NCBI RefSeq assembly: GCF_001194135.2
Contig: NC_068992.1
Location: 22,692,851-22,756,850 of the forward strand
DNA from: Octopus bimaculoides
Taxonomy: Eukaryota
Length of the DNA stretch: 64,000 nucleotides
Reading direction: 5' to 3'
In this document: one piece after another, positions 53,291 through 64,000 of the stretch
Layout of the letters: each line of letters starts with the position of its first letter
How positions within the stretch are numbered: position 1 is the first letter of the stretch
Position numbers and translations under genes: made by a program
Notes under the pieces: model-generated
Seen by the model: the letters and a program-made list of their open reading frames with translations, nothing else
Told to the model about the DNA's origin: nothing
Databases searched by the model: none

Positions 53291-54056
53291 CGGATAAATA
53301 GAAAAGGTTTTAATGTGTGGATATGCAATTTACAAGTTCGCAGTGAAATGATTTAAAAGTGATGTACGTATAAACCATATATTTCTCCGTATTCTCATTT
53401 TATATCCAGCTAGTGATGACGTAAATTTCCATTGATCTAGGTTCGATAAATTTAATTCTAACCATTTATTATGTTCAGTTCAATTGAATATACATGCTGT
53501 CGTAGATTTCTTCGCAACTCATGGACAAACACGAGGGCAATAAAGACTAAGAATACTGTTCATTAAAATAATAAAATCGGTAAAGCATTAAAGTGCTAAG
53601 AATGACTCTAAGTTCGAAAGACATTATCTGGAAAGCAGACGAAATAAACATAAAATCGTCTACATCAAGAAGATTCTAGAAAAGGAAAATGATGTCAATG
53701 GCCAAATATCTAGAATACTTTTAGGTGCCAAGAGAGTATGAACTTAAAAAAATTCCAGTTACTCAACGTTTTAAATGAATATATTTTTAATTGAAATATA
53801 AATCGAGATCTCGTTCTTTCTCTGCAATATTTGTCAGAGCATGAGAACGTACGTCTGGCCTCAGCTGACAGTTGGCTCGAAAGTCTTAGTTGTAACGTTT
53901 GTCATTATTATAAGTAAAATTCATATATTTTTCAAAGATTATTCTATACTGACTTAAGTTTCATTAGAAAATGCACCAAGATTGATAAAACTTATCGACT
54001 TGTGTGAAAGATTGTCGGAGTGAAATCAAATTTTGAAAAGGAACTATTTCATATAT

Positions 54057-54059
<3 letters not shown>

Positions 54060-54135
<76 letters not shown>
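54060..54135. repeat. (CA)n microsatellite
   Basis: Direct reading. Confidence 0.97.
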
Positions 54136-54136
<1 letters not shown>

Positions 54137-54164
54137 TTACAGAGATAGAGTGAGGCCGAGTGAT

Positions 54165-54392
54165 TGAAGGTGCATTCTTAGTGGGTAGAGCGTCGGGCCT
54201 ACACAAGCGTGGTTGTGAGTTCGATTTCGAATCCGGGCTGTATGTTTTGTTCTTGTATTGAGCAAGACACTTTATTTCTTATAGCGCCAGTTCACTCGGT
54301 TGTAGAAATGATTTGCGATGTTACTTATACCAAACGGTATTGTCCTTTGGCCTTTCCCTTCGACGATATGGGCGTGGAGAGGAGAGACTAGT
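54165..54392 (+). mobile_element. SINE family E copy
   Basis: gagttcgatttc B box; ttgagcaagacactttatttc; gttcactcggttgtagaaatg; cctttccctt. Confidence 0.8.
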
Positions 54393-54959
54393 ATATTTAA
54401 GATGATAGCTGGACTTTCACAAAACAACCTGCTTTTGTACATAGTGTACATTTAAATACAAGAGAAACGGGTAGTTTTACACGCTAGAAGATGCAGATGA
54501 AAACCACATTTAAGAGCAATTTCGAAGGGAATGAAAAATAAAATAATTTGCCAGGCGAAATTCTCATCAGTGACCGCGACTTAACATTAACATATAATTT
54601 AGAGACAATTAAGTCGTGTCTTATCATTATATATAATAATTTTTCAAATTCACCGCGCAAGCACAGTTTCAGTCGGCAGCAATTAAAAAGAGGCCCAACT
54701 AATCTTCTAAATTGCTACAATCATATACGTAAAAAATATACAGGGTAGTGAGTTTTTTTAGAAATTTCACCACCAGTGGCCTAACATGTATAAAAAAGTC
54801 AATAGACAACATATTCTCAATATAACTTAGGGTACATTTAAAGACAAGAGTAACTACCTTTAACAAGTAGTTTTACACTCTAGAAGAAGCAACCAAAACT
54901 ACCAAAACTACATTTAAGAGCAATTTCGAAGGGAATGGAAAATAAAAACTTTTACTTTG

Positions 54960-55222
54960 TTATTTTTTTATGGTCATACACTCAGTTGTCATTGCACCAA
55001 TGTTTTATCTGTATAATGAACTTCTGGATCATAATTATAAGCTTCTTCATAGAAGTTGCTTCCGTGAGCTGTTGCAACTGCTCTTTGTTCTGCAGTGGTG
55101 ACCCTATTCCTTCTCAGCCGAGCATACCACTGTTCATTACTTTGAGATGCTTTGGTCTTTGTAGTGCACAGTCTGCTCGTTTCTTGGTATGATTCACTTT
55201 CTGAAGCTGTCTCTCTTTCCAT
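54960..55222 (-). mobile_element. Helitron Rep/Hel N-terminal fossil
   Basis: EQWYARLRRNRVTTAEQR...AYNYDPEVHYTDK/IGAMTTEC (cf. EQREARL...AFNYDPxIDY...IGxMTxVCxYC). Confidence 0.7.
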
Positions 55223-55359
55223 ATCACCTAGGTACGTTTCAATTTCTTACCTTCTTTAAGATTTTACAATTAAGATTACATCATGCATTTAATAGGTAAT
55301 AATCTCTTCTGGATAAAAACTGACAAAACTTAATTCCCATCCTAATGGATGAAGAGTTG

Positions 55360-55426
<67 letters not shown>

Positions 55427-56399
55427 GCACACATACACATATACATATAGGGAGAGAGAGTGAGAGAGAAAGTGACTGATGGGTGGGTGGGAGTATACGT
55501 ATATAAACAGACACATTGTGTACGTGTGTATTTCCCCTAGCAATGTTTCGTTTGTCTCTTTGTAATTTCCATACTCTTTTTCATGATAGATCATGTAATA
55601 ATGACTATGATTTCATCGTCGTCATATAAATGATTGTTGTAATGATGATGTTGACTATATTGTTGACAATGATGTTGATGTGGAAGAGGAGGAAGACGCC
55701 GTCGTCTTTGACTTACTCCTTCTCTTTCTCCTTCTTATCATCATTACTAAGAAATTAACCAGTAACAAATATCCACAATAACTTGCACGTTCATAATATG
55801 CTGTCGTATTTTTTCTTACTCAAGTTGGCGTACATTTATCAGTGATATTAGTAATGCCAATCTAATGTCAAGATCTTGGCATTCAATTGAAAGTTTTCAA
55901 ATAGGTTTTCATTTACTACGTTTAAATTAGAATTTTATATAGGGTTTTAGACAGTTGATATTGGCACTTGCCAAAATGACAGAGTTATTCCATTGAATCA
56001 ACATAAATTAAATCCAGTTTTTATTGTAGAATTATAATGAATTATATTTAAACACCTCCCATATAATGAATTATAGAATCGATGATGAGCATAATTCATG
56101 TTATGATAATTACAAATTTAAGTATTATAATTCATTTTCGAAAAGAATACAAAACAATAATTTATAATAATTTAATGTATAATTCACTATATAAATATAT
56201 AATAATTCAATATATAAAACGTAATTGTATTCTTGCTGAATTTCAAATGAAATCGTATATTATATTTCAGCTGTAGTTAAAGTGCTTAAGACCGTTCTTG
56301 AAATTAAGTTTGACTTTCTTAAACTTACTTCTTTTTAATCATTAATAGACCTGTCACGTCAATTATATGAGTAATGACATCTACAATAATTGAAAGGTT

Positions 56400-57700
56400 C
56401 ATATATTGACTTCTCAAAACCGAGTTGTGTATTCGTCCCAAGGTAGAGTTTGTTCAGTGGTTGGTGCTTTGCATTTGTTGATCGGTGGTTGTTGTTTTTG
56501 CCTTCTAAATGGGTTGTTTAGGCTATTTCTTTTGTGATCAGGTGTTTGTTGTATTCCTTTTAATTGATGAAGGGAGCGTGCTTTATTAAAAAAAATTAAA
56601 AAAATTGGTGAATTGGTGGGAGGGAATTTTTCTCTTTCTTTTGCATCTGTGCATGTATGTGTGTGTGTGTAAATGTGTGTGTTTCGAGAAATGTAGTTTA
56701 TGAATGGCGTTAGCTGTTTAAACTAAATCATAGTGCTCTGACGCCTGAGAGATTTTGGCGTGTTGTGTTGTTGAATATTGGAATTATTTTCTCAATATAT
56801 GAACAATTTTACAGAAAGGACGAGCAGATATAAACTACATTGGCACTTGTAGTAAAATCTTCAAAGGCAGATACAAACAGATTATCGTTCAATACATATT
56901 CACAAATTCAACGCGTAAGGAGTATTTGATAGCAAAATACACCAAAATCATTGGGTCAAGAAAACGATTTCTATCCACAATAGATATGTTCTTAATTATT
57001 TTTACTATTAAAAACTACGCATAAGCACTCATGTACACTTTTCTTTAAAGAAACTCACAAACTGAAACACACGTATTTATTTTTTAATTTTAATAATTCT
57101 GGTAAAATGCCCCAAACCCGTTCCAGTCATACTTACAAGCCAAGTGAACACACCTACATAAAGGTTCGTCACAAATAGATATTTCCTTATGAAACATGTC
57201 AAAGAAAAGAATTCTACAGAAATTCAAACGGACACACACACAAATATTTTTTCAAACATGAAAACAAAATTCCATTGCCAAGAAACATGAAAACGTGTTT
57301 ATTCACAAAACAATTCCCGATAAATCTTTAACAACACAACACACCGAAATCATTCATCCGAAAAAGCACCATTCATTAGAGATACATCTACTTACAATAG
57401 ATATGTCTTGAATTAATTTTACTGCTAAGCTCATTCATAATCAGCTTTTATCAAAACAACATTTACTACATTACATACGCACAAATATAGTGAAAAAGAA
57501 AGAAACAGAACTCAACATCAAATCAACAATAGATCATAAAGAAATTAATAACACACCCGCCTATCAGAAAGTACAACAAAATAAAGTACCATACCACAGA
57601 AAAACAACACAAACAACCAATGCAGAGATCACGAAAAACACACCTCATCAATATACGCAAAACATAACCTGATGAGTAAACACAAGTACTAAACGTCTCT
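56400..57700 (+). mobile_element. Penelope-like element fossil: inverted 5' segment, GIY-YIG remnant, partial tandem repeats, decayed hammerhead
   Basis: NYIGTCSKIFKGRYKQ at 56833-56880; ggcgtgttgtgttgttga (56757-74) inverted vs 57329-47; acaatagatatgt...aatt..tttact repeated at ~56977 and ~57404; CTGATGA-GTA/TAC-TAAACGTC at 57669-57697. Confidence 0.7.
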
Positions 57701-60015
57701 CCTCCTCTTCCCCTCTCCCTCTCTCTCACATACACAAACACTCACTCTCAAACACTCACTCAAACAAACACATTAACTTACATGCACACACACAAACACA
57801 CACACACACTCACACAAACACACAGCATAAGATATAAGTGTCACACCATCAAGTTGTAATAGTTCTCGCCTAAAGAGCGCGACGGCATGAAGTAGTGTCA
57901 CGGTCTGTAATCCACCATCCATTAACTAGGAGCTTCCGGAAATCACTTCCTAAGTCTCTATTTTATTCGTATTCTCTTAAACCAATCAATAATTGGAATA
58001 TGCTAGTTTGAACCTTTGAATGAGCTGCAAGTTCAAATCCGATTGACGCACTAGCCCTTGAACGTGAGTGATTTTCTGGCTTTTGTATCCTTTTTGATGG
58101 TTTAATGTTTGTCTTTTTAGCTGTTTCTTTCATTCCTCTCTCGGACCAGTATCGAACACGTTTCCTATCATCATCTCCTCACGTTCACCTCATAATTATG
58201 GACAATAATACTGTTTACAGAAACCGATCACTCCTGTGCTTGGGGAAGAAGACTTATGACTCCTATCATCGTTGGTTAATGTTCTGGTGGTGGCTTTGCA
58301 GATGAAGAATTTCTATTCGCTCCGATATTCAGTATGCTCAACGTTGGGACGGGGGATAGCGTGAAGTTTGTTTCTGCCTCTGTTTTATCTTTATATCTCC
58401 CATTCTCTTTTGCCATTGACTTTCACTTTTTTTCTAGACAGAATGCCTCAAATGCCCTTTAGTAGTTACAAAATTTGTAGCGAGTCGGATCTCTGCATGG
58501 TCCACAGTCGAATGAACCTCCATCGCTTCGGATAGTGTATATCCCTGCATCAAAGCGTTATTACTTTTGAACCTTACCGAAACCAGGTTTCAAGCAAAAA
58601 GGCCCTATCTCATATAAGCGTTAATAACTCAGATGTTTGCTTTAATTTTTCTATGATATTCATTACTCAATCTGAGTATGTAAATGCACCTTTTGTGGAT
58701 TCTGACTTTTAAAGATGAAACACATGCTTCCAAGAGCCTTGTCTTCAGTGTTGCAGCAAATAATTTTATCATACAGCACGTAAAACACCAACTGATTCAT
58801 CGTTAGAGGGAGACATAGAAGACTTAATTTTTTTGATATATCACAAATTCGCTGGGCAGGAAGGCACAGGTTTTCATGAGCTTCCACACATTTAGATATG
58901 AAATACCACACATTTAAAAGACTTTTGATCTAGTTCTAATCGATTCTCTTCCTTTGCCCTATAATTTTAGCTAAGGAAGAAGGCTAGAACTTTCTCGTAT
59001 TGTCGTTAATGTTAGAACAATTTGTTTATAAAAATTTGTGCTTCCAACATTAGTTATATTTCGGGTTTTATTCTAGTTTTAAGATCGGTTTGTTTGCTTC
59101 AGTACTTGCTTCCCTTCCTTTATTTAAGAAAACTAGTTACTATATAGGAGAGTATTGTTATTTCTTAATAACATGCTCATGTATTGTTTATAACAAACAC
59201 AAAAAAAAGAGAGCAGCTGCACGTATAACACATGACTTCGAAGCAGCGCTACAGATACACAAACACACACAGGATTGAAACATAGCCGACCTCACGCATT
59301 TCTCATGAGGAATTCCAGAAGGAGCTTCGTGAATCCACTACTGAGACACGTCCGGAAGAAAAAAAAAGAAAATCCGTTAGTAAACAGTTGATACCAGAGA
59401 CTCCATCTAAGAAGATTCGAAGAAGGAATTGTATTGCGAAATATCATCGGACTATAGATAACTAAATTACAACAAGTATATAGTCCATTTGTTGTAATTA
59501 TAGTGCATTGTTGTACCATTCAAAACTTTTTATTCTTTAGCTACTTTATATTTTTCGCTTCAAAATTATTTGATAGATTTTTTACTCATATATCGGCTGA
59601 TGAGAGTATTGATATCACAACAGTGACGAGAACTTTATCCTGGCGTTTCTAAAGTGGTAGTGTTACAACATGGGACAATATTGCGAATGTCTAATTGCTA
59701 TTATCGGTGATACATATTTACAACAAACATTTAATCTAACTCAGGTAGATGGTTAGCAGTTGAAATATCGCTAGTGGCACTGAAGCAATGCAAAAAGTAA
59801 AGTTGACAATTTACTTTTTCACTTCATTAAATAACAGCAACAATAACCAACAACAACCCCCAATACAATAACAATGATGAAAATTTTAATAATGATGAAA
59901 ATACGTAGAGACAACCCCAGTAGACCAAGTATATGACATTTTATTTATGTTCAGAAACAGTAATATTTTGTGAAATACATATATATTATTAACTTACCAA
60001 CTACACACGCAAACA

Positions 60016-60016
<1 letters not shown>

Positions 60017-60090
<74 letters not shown>
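60017..60090. repeat. (CTAT)n microsatellite
   Basis: Direct reading. Confidence 0.97.
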
Positions 60091-60092
<2 letters not shown>

Positions 60093-60295
60093 GATCAGAT
60101 TTTTAATTGTTATTTTACCTTTTTTTTATTTTTAAAGAAAAAGCTCTGCAGATGTATTTGCCCCTTCTGTGTGCAGCCCTGTGTGGCTAATAAAAGAAAG
60201 AAATATATCTATCTATCTATCTGTCTATCCATTTATCTATATGTCTAAATGTATTTGTCTATATCTATATCTACCTATGTATATACGTGTGTCTA

Positions 60296-60364
<69 letters not shown>

Positions 60365-61186
60365 ATATAAATGTATATATATATATATGTATATAAATAT
60401 GTAAGTATATAAATATATATATGTTTTATGTACTTATCTATGTATATATGTATGTACATATTTTTATATGAATGTATGTTCGTATGTATGTATGTATGTA
60501 TGTATGTATGTATGTATGTACGTATGTATTTTTTCACAATTATTAGATTATACTTTATGGCAGTGCAGACAACAATTAGCATAACAATAGTAAATTTTTT
60601 GATGAGATGAAAATGGTGAAAAAACAAAACAAAAAAAAAACAAAATAAAAAAAAACAATACAAATGTCAGGATATATATAGTTTAGAGCAACACTTCGAT
60701 ATTAACATCACAAAAGTGATCTTGATTCAATTTACATTTTATCTTGTGAACATAATTCCGTACGTTAGGATAGCTGCAGTAACTATTCAAGCACTGAATA
60801 CTTACGCACATACATATACACAAACTAACATATATAATACATACACATACATACTACAATATACGCATAAATATATGTGTACGCAATATATATATTTATA
60901 TGCATATAGATACGCACGAAAACACATGCGCACGCGCATATACACTTACGCGCACACACAAATATGTATATATACACAAATATGTTTGTGTATAATATAT
61001 AAGTGTGTATCTAAATACATATAAATATATATGCATATATACACATTCAGTTTTGTTTTATTAAGACATCTGGTCAGAAAATCTAATAAAATGCTCTTAA
61101 CACCCACAAAACGAACATACGTTTACGTAGACACACGCACATATATTTAACTATAGATATCTGCCGCAATATATATAGAAAAATGT

Positions 61187-61246
<60 letters not shown>

Positions 61247-62248
61247 ACTATCTGCCTTCCCTCCCTATCGTTTCGCACTTATTTATGAATATTGTCATAT
61301 AATGAAAGGTATGCACTTGTATACAACAGCACACGTAGTAATGCCTGTTTATAGACAAACAATTATATGCATATATGTATGTCTGTGTATGTGTGCGTGG
61401 TTGTGTGTATGTACGCACACGCACACACACGCACACATACACACACNNNNNNNNNNNNNNNNNNNNNNNNNNNNNNNNNNNNNNNNNNNNNNNNNNNNNN
61501 NNNNNNNNNNNNNNNNNNNNNNNNNNNNNNNNNNNNNNNNNNNNNNNNNNNNNNNNNNNNNNNNNNNNNNNNNNNNNNNNNNNNNNNNNNNNNNNNNNNN
61601 NNNNNNNNNNNNNNNNNNNNNNNNNNNNNNNNNNNNNNNNNNNNNNNNNNNNNNNNNNNNNNNNNNNNNNNNNNNNNNNNNNNNNNNNNNNNNNNNNNNN
61701 NNNNNNNNNNNNNNNNNNNNNNNNNNNNNNNNNNNNNNNNNNNNNNNNNNNNNNNNNNNNNNNNNNNNNNNNNNNNNNNNNNNNNNNNNNNNNNNNNNNN
61801 NNNNNNNNNNNNNNNNNNNNNNNNNNNNNNNNNNNNNNNNNNNNNNNNNNNNNNNNNNNNNNNNNNNNNNNNNNNNNNNNNNNNNNNNNNNNNNNNNNNN
61901 NNNNNNNNNNNNNNNNNNNNNNNNNNNNNNNNNNNNNNNNNNNNNNNNNNNNNNNNNNNNNNNNNNNNNNNNNNNNNNNNNNNNNNNNNNNNNNNNNNNN
62001 NNNNNNNNNNNNNNNNNNNNNNNNNNNNNNNNNNNNNNNNNNNNNNNNNNNNNNNNNNNNNNNNNNNNNNNNNNNNNNNNNNNNNNNNNNNNNNNNNNNN
62101 NNNNNNNNNNNNNNNNNNNNNNNNNNNNNNNNNNNNNNNNNNNNNNNNNNNNNNNNNNNNNNNNNNNNNNNNNNNNNNNNNNNNNNNNNNNNNNNNNNNN
62201 NNNNNNNNNNNNNNNNNNNNNNNNNNNNNNNNNNNNNNNNNNNNNNNN

Positions 62249-62289
<41 letters not shown>

Positions 62290-62943
62290 AGATACACACA
62301 CACAAATATACATACAATACATATCTACACATACGCGCACACAAACATATACAGACATAAACACGCAAATACATATTCATACAGATATAGATATATGTGT
62401 ATATGTGTGTGTGCGTGTGTGTGTGTGTGTGTGCGCGTGCGTTTGTGTATGTATATACGTATATGTATCCTATGTGTGTGTACGCGTGTGTTTACATTCC
62501 TATAGATATACACATAGATAATCCTTTACTCTGGTGGGGTTTTTTGGGGTGGGGTCTGCAACCCCTCTGGGTCACCACAAATCATTATAGAAGATCTTGC
62601 CGAACCTGGAAATATATTTTCTTTCACTAATCTTTTTGCCTGAATCAGTTTTCATCAATCTAATGTCTTACAGGACTTGAAAGAAAAAAGAAAAAAAACT
62701 TACAAAAATTGAGATATATATTCAGGCAATTACTCAAACCGACATGCAATTTCACACACAAACTAACGTTTGAAATCACGCATACAAACGTATAAATAGC
62801 AGCGCATAGATTAATATCGATAGATATACGAAATAGATATATGACAACCTTCTTTTCTATCCTAAGTTGAATACTCATGAGATATCTTAGACAATATCTG
62901 CAGCACATGAAGCAAATCTGTATTTGGATTGTATTTTGCTGTT

Positions 62944-63318
62944 GGCACTCCGTCGCTTACGACGTCGAGGGTTCCGGTTGATCCGATCAACGGAACAACC
63001 TGCTCGTGAAATTAACGTGTAAGTGGCTGAGCACTCCACAGACACGTGTACCCTTAACGTAGTTCTCGGAGATATTCAGCGTGACACAGTGTGACAAGGC
63101 TGGCCCTTTGAAATACAGGCACAGCAGAAACAGGAAGAGTGAGAGAAAGTTGTGGTGAAAGAGTACAGCAGGGTTCGCCACCATCCCCTGCCGGAGCCTC
63201 GTGGACTTTTTAGGTGTTTTCGCTCAATGAACACTCACACCGCCCGATCTGGAAATCGAAACCGCGATCCTATGAACGCGAGTCCGCTGCCCTAACCACT
63301 GGGCCATTGCGCGTCCAC
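62944..63318 (-). mobile_element. SINE family D (tRNA-Arg-like head + tail T1); resembles the octopus OR-type SINE concept
   Basis: Reverse complement GTGGACGCGCAATGGCCCAGTGGTTAGGGCAGCGGACTCGCGTTCATAGGATCGCGGTTTCGATTTCC; T1 tail shared with family C. The family name is from memory, not a database search. Confidence 0.85.
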
Positions 63319-63360
63319 TTGGATTGTATAAAGCATAATTATTATCAACTACAAAAAATG

Positions 63361-63660
63361 GAGGTGAGGAGAATCCCCAGCACGCCGGCTAATATTCTTG
63401 ACGGCATTTCGTAGTCTTTACGTTCTGAGTTCAACTTCTTCTTCGAGGTAATAACGATTTACTGACTCGACTCGATTTATTCCAGTAGCCCCTTTCCAAA
63501 TTTTCAAGCCTTGTGACTATAGTAGAAATGCTAACTAACTAAATGACATAAGAGAGCTGGCCGAACCGTTGGCACACGGAACAAAATACTTAGCGGCATT
63601 TCGTCCGTCCTTACGCTCTGATTTTAAATTACGCCGAAGTTGACGTTGCTTTTCATACTT
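63361..63660 (+). mobile_element. Two degraded SINE family A copies
   Basis: gcatttcgt..gtc.ttacg.tctga motifs at ~63405 and ~63596. Confidence 0.75.
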
Positions 63661-64000
63661 CGATCTCTCGTCTTCCAGCAGAGAGAAGAGACTCTCCGCA
63701 GATTTATGAACATTTTTTCCAATTATTATTGACCACAGTTCGTCTATGGATTATGCACAATACTTAAAATAATTTTCCTATAGAGATTTCAGTTAAACTC
63801 TTCCAAAGTAAGTTGGTAGATTCTAGTTATATAGTTTACTATTGGAAATATTTATCCATAGTCTGTAAGTGCTTACCTCAAGATTAAACAATTGATCAAA
63901 TTGATTTCAGATGTAAGTATCCCATCTTTTTCGTGTTATGTAGATTATCAAAGATCTGTTTCCTGTATTTTAACGCAGAGAGATTCAATACAAGCGAAGC

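Noticed and set aside
54505-54570. Minus-strand CTGATGA...GAAA
   Set aside because: Stem II is only 3 bp around a long loop, with no compatible stem III or cleavage triplet.
58288-58315. CAGATGA-A-GAAT(ttct)ATTC-GCTC, resembling a decayed hammerhead
   Set aside because: Four core changes are needed; too degenerate to support.
58400-58600. Minus-strand open stretch (NLVSVRFKSNNALMQGYTLSEAMEVH...)
   Set aside because: Short, bounded by stops, and no recognisable family.
59290-59520. Possible piggyBac C-terminal remnant (HEEFQKELRE...RRRNC)
   Set aside because: Cys-rich motif not convincingly present; no TTAA-flanked TIRs seen.

Overview
AT-rich (~33% GC by eye), microsatellite-saturated, gapped eukaryotic scaffold. 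The SINE families and repeat landscape look like Octopus; this is an inference from memory and was not searched. There are nine N-gaps (~1654-1873, 5034-5109, 10596-10818, 22292-23242, 28432-28752, 29405-29946, 41690-41929, 50722-50998, 61447-62248), mostly beside simple repeats. No intact host protein-coding gene, rRNA, true tRNA or CRISPR array is supported; most long ORFs in the track are gap or microsatellite artefacts. The window reads as intronic or intergenic DNA built from: about 30 tRNA-derived SINE copies in several modular families; R4/Dong-type REL-endonuclease LINE fragments in (TAA)n tracts; two mariner transposase fossils and three mariner MITEs; Helitron fossils; and Penelope-like (GIY-YIG) fossils. 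The best lead is a TSD-flanked, tRNA-headed SINE (18921-19244) whose tail carries a Penelope-type minimal hammerhead ribozyme. A second copy shows a Penelope-like inverted-tail arrangement (31710-31894), and a GIY-YIG fossil with its own decayed hammerhead lies at 56400-57700. A ~118-bp-arm palindrome whose spacer is echoed downstream (43201-43491) and an inverted triplet of a tRNA-like repeat (7593-8312) are also notable.
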